From positions 3,810 through 67,809 of the forward strand of contig NZ_JBIIDX010000001.1 in assembly GCF_044238155.1 (NCBI RefSeq): a stretch of 64,000 bases of DNA. Reading direction: 5' to 3'. Below the pieces are notes generated by a model, which saw only the letters and a list, made by a program, of their open reading frames with translations, did no database searches and had not been told where the DNA came from. Of this stretch, positions 29,730-38,929 are shown one piece after another. Origin of the DNA: Aestuariivirga sp. (GTDB taxonomy: Bacteria; Pseudomonadota; Alphaproteobacteria; Rhizobiales; Aestuariivirgaceae). Within the stretch, counting starts at the first letter, position 1; each line of letters opens with the position of its first letter. Position numbers and translations under genes: made by a program.

Positions 29730-31523
29730 TCAGCCAAACTTCTTCTCACCCTTCACCCAGGTCTCGCTCACCTTGATGGCGGCAATCTTGTCAGGCGAAA
29801 CAGTGAAGGGGTTGTCCTCCAGGATCGTCATGTCGGCTTCCTTGCCGGCTTCAAGCGAGCCAACGCGGTCAGCCATGCCGATCTGCCGGGCAGCGTCGAT
29901 GGTGATGGCCTCGAGCGCGCGCTGCACACTCACGGCCTGGTCGGGGCCGATCACCGTGTTGTCGAATTCGCAGCGCCGCGTCACGGCCGTGCCGACGAGC
30001 CGGAGCGGGCCGATCGGCGAGCAGGGCGAATCGGTGTGCAGGGTGAAGCGGATGTCCTCCTTCACGCAGGCACCGGCGGGGTCCATGAAGGCGGCACGCT
30101 CGGGCCCGAACAGCAGGTCGCGATAGGCCGAGCCGTAGAGGCCCACGTGGTTCATGAGAAAGCTTGGTTCCACATTGAGGCTCTTCATGCGCTTGATCTG
30201 GTCTGGCCGCGCCATGGTCGCGTGTTCGATGCGGTTGATGCCAAACTCCAGTGATGTTCCATAAGCTGCCTCGATCGCGTCGAGCGAGATGTCGATGGTG
30301 CGGTCACCATTGCAGTGGATGAGCACCGGCATGCCGGCTGCCTTCACGGTTGCCACCATCGCGGTCAGGTCGCTGGTCGAGAAGTTTGGCGTGCCGGCAT
30401 CAGAGCTTCCGAGATAGGGCTGCGTCTGGGCGCCGGTGCGGGTCTGGTTCGAGCCATCGCCGACGATCTTGACGCCATAGAGCGTGAACAGCGAGTCCGG
30501 CAATTGCGCAGCCCGCGGGCCCAGCCCCAGCGATTTGTAGGCGTCAAAGCCCTTCATGTCCTCGTACATCAGGCTCGCACTGGTGCGCACTGGCGCGTGC
30601 AGCGACAGCTTGGTGAAGGACTCGATCCATTCCGAGCGCAGCGTGCCTGGCTCGTGCACCAGTGTGTTTCCGGCAGCGGCGACCGATTGGAGATAGGTGT
30701 TGACTGCCTTGTAGGCCAGCTGCGGCGTGATCTTCGGAAGACCAGGTGTCACCACCTTCAGCATGGCGCTTTCTTCATAGACGAGGCCGTTCAGCCGGCC
30801 ATTCGCATCGCGGCCGAAATGCCCGCCGCCGGGAAGCGTGCCGATGTCCTCGGCGACGTTGGCCATCTTCAGGGCAAGGCTGTTGACGCAGGCATCATGG
30901 CCGTTGGTGTACCACACGAACAGCGGATGCGTTGTTGTGATGCTGTCAAGTTCATCGCGTGACAGGTCTCCGCCCTGCAGGAGATTGTCGAAGTTGGAAA
31001 CCAGAATCCACTGGCCTGCCGGCGTGCGTGCGGCGAGCTGGCGGAGGAAATCCGTGAGCAGGGCGCGGGTCCGGTATTTCTCGTAACCCACGTCGATCAG
31101 GAGTTCGAAGAAGAGTGATGCAAAAATGGTGTGGTGGTGCGGATCGATGAGGCCGGGCAGCATTGTGCGCCCAGCAAGATCGACGATCGTTGTATTGATG
31201 GAGGCGAGCGCCATCACATCTGCCTCGGCTCCGAGCCTGACGATCTTGCCACCGCTCACCGCCAATGCTTCGGCTGCTGGCTGTCCAACGACAGGCAGAA
31301 TGGTTCCGCCCTTGAAGATGGTATCTGCTGCGTTGGATGACGTGCTGTCGGCAAGGGCGGGGCGGGCAGTCAACACAGGCAGGCTGCTGCCGATCATTGC
31401 TGCTGCCGACAGCGCCAGGAACCCGCGCCGCGTCTGAGCGAATTGCCCTATCCCGGCAAGACCTTCGGGTTGTTCATAGAGGGATGGATGAGACAAGAGC
31501 GGGTTGACGCAGGCGAGGCACAT
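29730..31523 (-). CDS. exported metal-dependent amidohydrolase (amidohydrolase 3-like)
   Basis: 597 aa. Tat motif TRRGFLALSAAA. PGLIDPHHH metal-binding motif. Confidence 0.8.
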   Translation of the reverse strand: MCLACVNPLLSHPSLYEQPEGLAGIGQFAQTRRGFLALSAAAMIGSSLPVLTARPALADSTSSNAADTIFKGGTILPVVGQPAAEALAVSGGKIVRLGAEADVMALASINTTIVDLAGRTMLPGLIDPHHHTIFASLFFELLIDVGYEKYRTRALLTDFLRQLAARTPAGQWILVSNFDNLLQGGDLSRDELDSITTTHPLFVWYTNGHDACVNSLALKMANVAEDIGTLPGGGHFGRDANGRLNGLVYEESAMLKVVTPGLPKITPQLAYKAVNTYLQSVAAAGNTLVHEPGTLRSEWIESFTKLSLHAPVRTSASLMYEDMKGFDAYKSLGLGPRAAQLPDSLFTLYGVKIVGDGSNQTRTGAQTQPYLGSSDAGTPNFSTSDLTAMVATVKAAGMPVLIHCNGDRTIDISLDAIEAAYGTSLEFGINRIEHATMARPDQIKRMKSLNVEPSFLMNHVGLYGSAYRDLLFGPERAAFMDPAGACVKEDIRFTLHTDSPCSPIGPLRLVGTAVTRRCEFDNTVIGPDQAVSVQRALEAITIDAARQIGMADRVGSLEAGKEADMTILEDNPFTVSPDKIAAIKVSETWVKGEKKFG

Positions 31524-31644
31524 GGCTGTAAGCTCCTTGGTGAGGGATATCCACCCGTTCAGGCACCCGCCCTCTGCCTGGCGCCGGGGTGGATGAGGAA
31601 GGCCAGGCGCAGGGCTGGCCTTCGGGTTCCGCGTTCAGGGTGTC

Positions 31645-31905
31645 TCAATTGGCCGAGATGGTGTGGACCGAGAAATCCTGGTTGAGCCGGATGTCATAGA
31701 TCTTGCCGTCGGCACACTTGGCATCGTCCATCTCGTAAAGCCCGCTGCCTTCGCTTTCCACCTCGGCCGCCGTTGCCGAACAGCCCCAGGCCTTGAGCGT
31801 GGCCTCGATCTTTGCCATCTCTTCAGCAGAGGGTGCCGGACCGGCGCTGGCCAAGGCACTGGTCAGGACGAGCAGCGTGGTGGCCATCAGGGATGTTTTA
31901 AGCAT
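31645..31905 (-). CDS. small secreted PepSY-like protein
   Basis: ORF 31645..32001 with a preferred ATG at 31905, which gives the signal peptide MLKTSLMATTLLVLTSALASA. The rest is of PepSY-like size and pattern. Confidence 0.45.
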   Translation of the reverse strand: MLKTSLMATTLLVLTSALASAGPAPSAEEMAKIEATLKAWGCSATAAEVESEGSGLYEMDDAKCADGKIYDIRLNQDFSVHTISAN

Positions 31906-32128
31906 GATCAATTCCTTTGTATTTGACCCGGGTGTTTCTAGAACCGCCGCATCGCCAAGGCAACCCCTGGATGGGTCGAGCGTCAAACAATAAGCCATCA
32001 AGGCCGGTTGCTGATCCGAGCACTCATCCCTTTGCCTGCCGGGTGATTCTTGAACTTCGGATCAGTTTGCGCTTATGGGTGTTGCCGGTGATGACCTGCG
32101 CCTTGCACCGGGAAGGAAACGACCTGCC

Positions 32129-34570
32129 ATGACTCTCCCCGCCCACGCCCAGATCATTGTCATCGGCGGTGGCATCATCGGGTGCTCGACGGCCTATCAT
32201 CTGGCGCGGGATCACAAGGCCGATGTGCTGCTGCTCGAACAGGGCCAGCTCACCTCGGGGTCCACCTGGCACGCAGCCGGGCTGGTGGGCCAGCTGCGTG
32301 CCTCTGCATCGATCACCCGCGTGCTCAAGTATTCCGTCGAGCTCTACAAGGGGCTTGCCGCCGAAACCGGGCTCGAGACCGGCTGGAAGATGACAGGCTG
32401 CCTCAGGCTGGCCACCAACCAGGACCGCTGGATCGAATACCGCCGCCTTGCCACCACCGCCAAGAGCTTTGGCATGGAGATGCATCTCGTCTCGCCCGAT
32501 GAGGTCAGGCGCATGTGGCCCCTGATGGATGTGTCAGATCTCGTCGGTGCCAGCTGGCTTCCGACTGATGGTCAGGCCAGTCCGTCTGACATTACCCAGT
32601 CGCTCGCCAGGGGTGCCCGCATGCATGGTGCGCGCATCATGGAGAATGTGCGCGTCACCGGACTGCGCATGGCCGGCAACCGCATCACCCATGTCGAAAC
32701 GGATCAGGGCGTGATCGCCTGTGAAAAAGTGGTCAACTGCGCGGGTCAGTGGGCAAGGCAGGTGGGCACGCTGGCCGGCATCAACGTGCCGCTGCAGCCG
32801 GTGAAGCACCAGTACATCATCACTGAACGCATCGAGGGTCTGGCCTCCGATGCGCCAACCCTGCGCGACCCGGACCGGCGCACCTACTTCAAGGAGGAAG
32901 TGGGCGGCCTTGTCATGGGCGGCTATGAGCCCAATCCACAGCCGTGGACCACGGGAGACGTGCCTGCCGACTGGCAGTTCCGTTTGTTCGACGATGATTA
33001 TGATCATTTCGAGCAGCACATGGAGCAGGCCATCGCGCGCGTTCCCGCCCTCGCCCATGTGGGCGTCAAACGCATGATCAACGGGCCGGAGAGCTTCACG
33101 CCCGATGGCAATTTCATTCTCGGCCCGGCGCCCGAATGCGCCAACATGTTCGTGGGTGCGGGTTTCAATGCCTTTGGTATCGCCTCAGGCGGCGGCGCGG
33201 GGTGGGTTCTGGCGCAATGGGTGGTGTCCGGCGAGGCGCCGCTCGATCTCTGGGCCGTCGACATCCGGCGTTTCTCGGGTCTGCACCGTGACCGTGACTG
33301 GGTGATGGCGCGCACCCTCGAGGCCTATGGCAAGCATTACACCATCGGCTTCCCGCATGAAGAGTATGAGAGCGGAAGGCCGCGCATCGTTTCGCCCCTC
33401 TATGACCGGCTCAAGGCGCAGGGCGCGGTTTTCGGCTCCAAGCTTGGCTGGGAGCGGCCAAACTGGTTCGCGCCTGCCGGAGTGGAACCACGCGATATCT
33501 ATTCCATGGGCCGGCAGAACTGGTTCGCCCATGTTGGCGCCGAGCACGCCCTGGTCCGCAGTGCCGTCGCTGTCTTCGACCAGTCGAGTTTTGCCAAGTA
33601 CGAGCTCTCCGGTCCCGGTGCGCTGGCGGCGCTTGAGTGGATCTGTGCAGGCAGCGTCAGCAAGCCGGCAGGACGGCTCACCTATACCCAGCTTCTCAAC
33701 AGTCGTGGTGGCATCGAGGCTGACCTGACGGTTGCGAGGCTGAGGGATGATCTGTTCTACATCGTGACGGGAACCGGCTTTCGCAGCCATGACCTGGCGT
33801 GGATCCGCGACCACCTTCCCGATCAAGGGTCCGTCTCCCTGGTGGACGTGACCGAGCAATGGGGAACGCTTTCGCTGATGGGACCGAAGGCGCGTGCCGT
33901 GCTTGAGGCGGTGACGCGCGATGATGTGTCGACTGCCGCTTTCCCCTTCGGTCATGTGCGCGAGATCGAGGTGGCTGGCGTCAGGCTCCGTGCGCTGCGC
34001 ATCACCTATGTGGGCGAGCTTGGCTGGGAATTGCACATACCGCTGCCTGAAACCGGGCGCGTCTATGATGCGCTGATGACGGCGGGGGCCGCCCACGGCA
34101 TCAGGCCGGTTGGCTATCGCGCGCTCGAATCGCTGCGCCTCGAAAAGGGCTATCGCGCCTGGTCCTCGGACATTACGCCCAATGACACGCCGGTTGAGGC
34201 AGGCCTTGGCTGGGCAGTGAAGATGCGGGCCAACACGCCGTTTCTGGGCCGCTCGGCGCTTGAGGCGGCCAGCGCAAGGCCGCTTGCCAAACGTCTTGCG
34301 GGATTCCTGATTGCCGATCCCGCTGCGGTGCTGGTCGGTCGTGAGACGATCCTGCGCGACGGCGAGCCGGTGGGCTATCTTACGTCGGGTGGCTATGGCT
34401 ACACGCTGCAGCGCGGCATCGGCTATGGCTATGTGCGGCATGCGGCAGGTGTGAGCGATGAATTCCTCCTGTCCGGGCACTATGAACTGGTTGTTGCCAA
34501 TGAGCGGTTCCCGGCGGAGATCGGCCTCAAAGCCTTCTACGATCCCGGCAATGAACGCGTGAAAGCCTGA
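32129..34570 (+). CDS. FAD-dependent oxidoreductase with a GcvT-like C-terminal domain (dimethylglycine/sarcosine dehydrogenase family)
   Basis: ORF 32075..34570 with a preferred ATG at 32129 (MTLPAHAQIIVIGGGIIGCSTAYHLA). About 810 aa with a DAO plus aminomethyltransferase-fold architecture. Confidence 0.85.
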   Translation: MTLPAHAQIIVIGGGIIGCSTAYHLARDHKADVLLLEQGQLTSGSTWHAAGLVGQLRASASITRVLKYSVELYKGLAAETGLETGWKMTGCLRLATNQDRWIEYRRLATTAKSFGMEMHLVSPDEVRRMWPLMDVSDLVGASWLPTDGQASPSDITQSLARGARMHGARIMENVRVTGLRMAGNRITHVETDQGVIACEKVVNCAGQWARQVGTLAGINVPLQPVKHQYIITERIEGLASDAPTLRDPDRRTYFKEEVGGLVMGGYEPNPQPWTTGDVPADWQFRLFDDDYDHFEQHMEQAIARVPALAHVGVKRMINGPESFTPDGNFILGPAPECANMFVGAGFNAFGIASGGGAGWVLAQWVVSGEAPLDLWAVDIRRFSGLHRDRDWVMARTLEAYGKHYTIGFPHEEYESGRPRIVSPLYDRLKAQGAVFGSKLGWERPNWFAPAGVEPRDIYSMGRQNWFAHVGAEHALVRSAVAVFDQSSFAKYELSGPGALAALEWICAGSVSKPAGRLTYTQLLNSRGGIEADLTVARLRDDLFYIVTGTGFRSHDLAWIRDHLPDQGSVSLVDVTEQWGTLSLMGPKARAVLEAVTRDDVSTAAFPFGHVREIEVAGVRLRALRITYVGELGWELHIPLPETGRVYDALMTAGAAHGIRPVGYRALESLRLEKGYRAWSSDITPNDTPVEAGLGWAVKMRANTPFLGRSALEAASARPLAKRLAGFLIADPAAVLVGRETILRDGEPVGYLTSGGYGYTLQRGIGYGYVRHAAGVSDEFLLSGHYELVVANERFPAEIGLKAFYDPGNERVKA

Positions 34571-34582
34571 CCACCAGGTCAT

Positions 34583-35596
34583 TCATCGTGACATCACCTG
34601 CCGCACATGCCGGACGGCAGTGTCAAGATCGTCATGGGCAGCGCCCGGCCGGCCTCGCGCGGCGCCAGCACCAAACCAGCCGACACGTCCGTCAGCGACG
34701 AGGCGTTCAATCAGTGACCGGCGGTCTGCGGCGGTCTCGATCATGCCGGTCTCGAACAGCCAGCGCACAGGCGTCAGGCCTGTCCGCCGTTCCAACACGG
34801 CCTTGCGGTAGAGCCAGTTGCCCAGCCGCAGCTCGACGCCGCGACGCTGAGGCAGCGGATAGACCGAGACCCGCGGTGAAGCCTGCAGCGCATCGGCCAG
34901 CATGGATATCGAATCACTGGTCACCACGATTTCGGAGGCAGCGGACAGGGCCGCCCGGTAGTGGTTGTCGGGCTGCCCGAAGACGGTGAGCCGGTTGGGC
35001 GGCGTGATGGCCTGCCGCAGCATGGCGATTGCCACCTCGGGCGTGCGCGGGCTGGTGTGCACATCGAGCAGGCGGCCCTTGGCACTGGCATGCGCGAGGG
35101 CCTCGCGTGCAAGGTCCTGGGCCACCTGGCCGTCGAGCTGGTCGGGAAAGGCGGGTCCGCCCACCAGCAGAACCACCGGGCCGGTGCCTTCGTCGTTCGC
35201 CCGGGCTGGCGGCCGCGCAGCCAGCGGCATCTGCAGCTCAACCACATTGGCGGCTGCTGGCAGGCGATACTGCGCGGTGGTCAGCACCGCATCGAAGTGT
35301 TGGCTGGCGGCGGCCGGACGTCCGAGGCAGATGATTCGTGTATGGCCGCCAGACTTTTTCTTGATGTCGCGGGCGATCACGCTGGTCATGGCTTCCGCGC
35401 ACAGCACAAGATCGGGCCAGGGCGCCGCCGGCGGCTTGTCGACGCGCTGGCTGGCAAACAGTGGATGCGATGGTCCGCGAAAACGCAGCGTCTTGATTTC
35501 ATGCGGCCAGCCGAGTGCCTGGGCCAGCGCCAGCATTTGGTCAAGGTCGCCCTTGCGCCCGCCGGAGAGAAGCCAGACAATCGGCTCATCCGCCAT
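34583..35596 (-). CDS. ELM1 / DUF1022 family protein, copy 1
   Basis: ORF 34583..35725 with a preferred ATG at 35596 (MADEPIVWLLSGGRKGDLDQMLALAQALGWPHEIKTL...PWPDLVLC...RIICLG). 11-nt overlap with the upstream GT4 gene. Confidence 0.7.
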   Translation of the reverse strand: MADEPIVWLLSGGRKGDLDQMLALAQALGWPHEIKTLRFRGPSHPLFASQRVDKPPAAPWPDLVLCAEAMTSVIARDIKKKSGGHTRIICLGRPAAASQHFDAVLTTAQYRLPAAANVVELQMPLAARPPARANDEGTGPVVLLVGGPAFPDQLDGQVAQDLAREALAHASAKGRLLDVHTSPRTPEVAIAMLRQAITPPNRLTVFGQPDNHYRAALSAASEIVVTSDSISMLADALQASPRVSVYPLPQRRGVELRLGNWLYRKAVLERRTGLTPVRWLFETGMIETAADRRSLIERLVADGRVGWFGAGAARGRPGAAHDDLDTAVRHVRQVMSR

Positions 35597-36767
35597 GGGC
35601 CGTACTCTTCGCCTCGTGCAGCACGCGCTCGTAACTGGCCAGCAGGCCGGACAATATGGAATCCCAGCTATAGTCGAGCGCGCGCTGCCGGGCCGCCTTG
35701 CCCATACGCTGGCGCAGGCCGGCATCGCTCACCAGTGCGGCAAGTGCTGCAGCGAGGCCCGCCTCGTCGCCTGCGCTGACCAGCCGGCCGGTGGCTCCCT
35801 CCTGCACTAGTGAATTGCTGCCGCTCGACAGGGCGTTGACGGCAGGAAGCCCGCTGGCCATCGCCTCGAGGGTTACGTTGCCGAACGTTTCGCTCTCGCT
35901 TGGAAAGAAGAAGATGTCGGAAGAGGCATAGGCCGTTGCCAGCTCCTCGCCATGCAGAAAGCCTGCAAACACGCCGTTCATGAGGCCTTCCTTCATGCTG
36001 ACCAGTTCCGGCCCGTCGCCGATCACCAGTGGCCGTACCGCGCGCCCCTCTGCCGTGAGCCGGTTCATCACCCGCATGAACACGGCGGTATTCTTCTCCT
36101 TCACCAGCCGTCCGGCATAGGAGATCACCACCTCGCCATCGGCCATGCCAAGCCTCCGCCGCCAGTCCATGCTGCGCCTGTCCGGTGCGAACAGGCTGCT
36201 GTCGACGCCGCGCGCCCAGATCTCCACCGCCTGCGACTGGCCGTCGCGGCGGATGATCTCGGCCATCGATTCGGAGGGTGGATAGACGCGGCGTACCCGA
36301 TTGTAGAAATGGCGCAGGTAGCGCCGGCCCAATGGCTCGAGAAAGCCGAGGCCGTAGAAGCGGAGGTAGGTGTCATAGCGGGTGTGATAGGAGGCAACCA
36401 CGGGCACCCCCCAGCGCTCTGCGAGCTTCAGTGCCTGATAGCCCAGTATGTCCGGCACCGCGATGTGAAACAGTGTTGGCCGGAACGCCGCGAGCCGCTG
36501 CCTTGCGGTCTCGGGCAGTCCCCGTGCGATGCGGTATTCGGGGCGGCCCGGAATGGCGAAGGATGGCACCGGCACGAGCTCTCCGGCCGAGGCGAAGGCA
36601 GGGCTTTCTGCCACTGGCGCAAACACCAGAACCGGCACGCCGCGGCTTTCCAGAAATGCCACGAGACGGTTCAGCGTCAGTGCCACGCCGTCCTTGATGT
36701 AGTTGTAGTTGCCGGTGAACAGGGCCACCCGCAGCTCAGGGCCGGGCTGGCCTGTGCCGTCTGCCAC
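35586..36767 (-). CDS. glycosyltransferase family 4 (GT-B, retaining type)
   Basis: 393 aa. N-terminal FTGNYNYIKDGVA motif and a C-terminal E-x7-E-like region (FFFPSESETFGNVTLEAMASGLP). Confidence 0.85.
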   Translation of the reverse strand: MADGTGQPGPELRVALFTGNYNYIKDGVALTLNRLVAFLESRGVPVLVFAPVAESPAFASAGELVPVPSFAIPGRPEYRIARGLPETARQRLAAFRPTLFHIAVPDILGYQALKLAERWGVPVVASYHTRYDTYLRFYGLGFLEPLGRRYLRHFYNRVRRVYPPSESMAEIIRRDGQSQAVEIWARGVDSSLFAPDRRSMDWRRRLGMADGEVVISYAGRLVKEKNTAVFMRVMNRLTAEGRAVRPLVIGDGPELVSMKEGLMNGVFAGFLHGEELATAYASSDIFFFPSESETFGNVTLEAMASGLPAVNALSSGSNSLVQEGATGRLVSAGDEAGLAAALAALVSDAGLRQRMGKAARQRALDYSWDSILSGLLASYERVLHEAKSTAHGG

Positions 36768-36775
36768 GATGGGGC

Positions 36776-37702
36776 TCAGGCCGCGGCCTTCAGCGGCGCC
36801 AGCGGAGGCACGCTCTTCATGACGTCATAGGAATCATGCCGGATGAAGTTGTTGCTCATCGCCTCCTTGATCTGGGCGTCGGTCACCAGGCCCTTCTCAT
36901 AAGCCTCCTTCAGAAGGCCGAAGAAGAATGCCTCCTGATTGCGGTCGGGGTGGCGGGCATAGCGGCCGAGCAAGGCGTGATCGCCAAACAGCTTGCGCCG
37001 CATGCGCATGATCCAGCCGATAACGGGCACGAATTCGGTGGGCGTATAGTCAACCTTGAGGCCGGTCTTCCATGGCTGCGTGCGGCGCCTGGTGTTGTGG
37101 ATCATCTTGGTCGCCGGGGTGAGCTTGTCGAAGTCGTTCCACTCGTCCTCGAAGGTGCCAATGCTGTTGCGGTCCTCCATCAGCAGCGAGATCCAGTTGT
37201 GATAGTCGCGCTTGCCCTCGAACAGTTCGTTGAAGCTCTTTTCCACGTCCCAGTGCTTCAGCCGGGCGCAATCGAGCAGCATGACGCTCGAGGCGAAGGC
37301 GCCGTTCTTGAACTTCGAGCCGCGGCACATGATGGCCTTGCCCTTCATGTCGCGGCTGAGCAGCTCCCATACATCCTGAACCGCGAAGACATCCGGATCC
37401 ACCACCAGGGCGCGGCCCTGATAGCCCATCAGCTGCGGCGGCAGGAAGCGGGTCAGTGTGAAGGACTGCAGGTCATTCTCGTGCCAGACGCGCTTCACGC
37501 CATGGCGCATGTAGGTCTGCCCCTCGCGCTTGGCGAAGAAGGGGTAGTCTTCCTGCTGCATGACGGTGACGTCGAACTGGTCGGCATGCGCCGAATTGCG
37601 CTTCATCGAATAGGCCGAGACGATGGCGCCGATCGACTGCTTGTTGTTGGTCTGGATGAAGATATGGGGCCGAGTGGCGCCCGCATGTCCGGTCGCAGCC
37701 AT
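36776..37702 (-). CDS. GT8-like GT-A nucleotide-sugar transferase, copy 1
   Basis: 308 aa. TRFLPPQL...ALVVDPDVF (DxD-like)...SSVMLLD follows the order of GT8 motifs. It is a paralog of 52364..53278. Confidence 0.5.
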   Translation of the reverse strand: MAATGHAGATRPHIFIQTNNKQSIGAIVSAYSMKRNSAHADQFDVTVMQQEDYPFFAKREGQTYMRHGVKRVWHENDLQSFTLTRFLPPQLMGYQGRALVVDPDVFAVQDVWELLSRDMKGKAIMCRGSKFKNGAFASSVMLLDCARLKHWDVEKSFNELFEGKRDYHNWISLLMEDRNSIGTFEDEWNDFDKLTPATKMIHNTRRRTQPWKTGLKVDYTPTEFVPVIGWIMRMRRKLFGDHALLGRYARHPDRNQEAFFFGLLKEAYEKGLVTDAQIKEAMSNNFIRHDSYDVMKSVPPLAPLKAAA

Positions 37703-37807
37703 GACAGATCTCCGAAACTATTGCTTACTCGACGCCCGTGTATCATGTACTGACCGGCGGTTCAAACGCTGCCATCGGGCGGCTATCGGTCACAAGGGCA
37801 CAAGCTT

Positions 37808-38914
37808 TTGCAATCAAACGGGAATCCCGGTCAACAGGTGAGCCCGCCACGGGTCTGGGTGGTGCAGAGCCCGCATTCCGGCGACAACACCCAGCTCCGG
37901 GCCCTGGCAGCGGGCCTCGGCTGGCCCTCCGAGGTCAAGCAGCTCGTCTACCGCAATTGGGAACCGCTGGCCCGGCTGCTGAGCCTTGCCAGTCTCGCTG
38001 GCGTCGACCGTGCCCGTTCGAGCCCGTTGGCCCCGCCCTGGCCCGATCTGATCATCTGCTCCGGCCGCGCCGCCGAGGCGGTGGCCTTCTGGATCCGCAG
38101 GCAGAAGCCCTCTTGCCGCATTGTCTTCCTCGGAACTCCCTGGGCCGCCCATCGTCACTTCGACCTGATCATCACCACGCCGCAGTACCGGCTGCCGCAG
38201 GCCCGGAACATTCTGCACAATCTCTTGCCGCTGCATGATGCAACGCCAAACCTGCTGGCAGATGCGGCGGCGCGCTGGCAAGGGCGGCTGGCGCATCTGC
38301 CACTGCCGCTCACGGCTGTTCTGGTCGGTGGGCGCAGCGGCCCCTATCTGATGACGCCGGAGGCAGCCGCCCGGCTCGGGCGTGCCGCAAGCGACATCGC
38401 TGCAGCCGAGGGTGGCGCTCTCCTTGTCACCACCAGCGCCCGCACCAGCGAGGCGGCGGCAGCCGCACTCTTGGCGGCGATCGGGGTGCCCTGCCACCTG
38501 CACCGCTGGACCAAGGCGGCGGACGAAAACCCGTTTCATGCCTTCCTGGGGCTTGCCAGCCGCATCATCGTTACGGCCGATTCAGTATCGATGATGGCCG
38601 AGGCCGTCAGCACCGGGAAGCCGGTGCTGCTGTTTGACATTGAACATGGGCGTTATGCCATGCGCGCCGAAGATAGCGCCCCGCAGCCCGCGCCAATTGG
38701 CTGGCGTGGCCGCAGCCTTGATACCACGCTGTTCCGGCTGCTCATCAACCATGCGCCGGCGCGTTTCTCGCGCGACCTGCGCATCGTGCACCGGCAGCTG
38801 GTGGCCGCCGGCCATGCCCAGTGGATTGGCGCGCCGCAGCAGGCCCCGGTGCCCCCGCCCGGCGATGAGCTGGCCCGCGCGGTGGCTCGCATCCGCAGCC
38901 TTTTTGGCCTATGA
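37808..38914 (+). CDS. ELM1 / DUF1022 family protein, copy 2
   Basis: 368 aa from TTG at 37808 (GTG at 37838 is also possible). VWVVQSPHSGDNTQLRALAAGLGWPSEVKQL...PWPDLIICSG...RIVFLG aligns with copies 1 and 3. Confidence 0.7.
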   Translation: MQSNGNPGQQVSPPRVWVVQSPHSGDNTQLRALAAGLGWPSEVKQLVYRNWEPLARLLSLASLAGVDRARSSPLAPPWPDLIICSGRAAEAVAFWIRRQKPSCRIVFLGTPWAAHRHFDLIITTPQYRLPQARNILHNLLPLHDATPNLLADAAARWQGRLAHLPLPLTAVLVGGRSGPYLMTPEAAARLGRAASDIAAAEGGALLVTTSARTSEAAAAALLAAIGVPCHLHRWTKAADENPFHAFLGLASRIIVTADSVSMMAEAVSTGKPVLLFDIEHGRYAMRAEDSAPQPAPIGWRGRSLDTTLFRLLINHAPARFSRDLRIVHRQLVAAGHAQWIGAPQQAPVPPPGDELARAVARIRSLFGL

Positions 38915-38929
38915 GGCGCCATCCAGCCG

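Noticed and set aside
33185-34582. 465-aa minus-strand ORF antisense to the dimethylglycine-dehydrogenase-like gene
   Set aside because: High-GC shadow ORF. The plus-strand reading gives a coherent FAD plus GcvT-domain protein.
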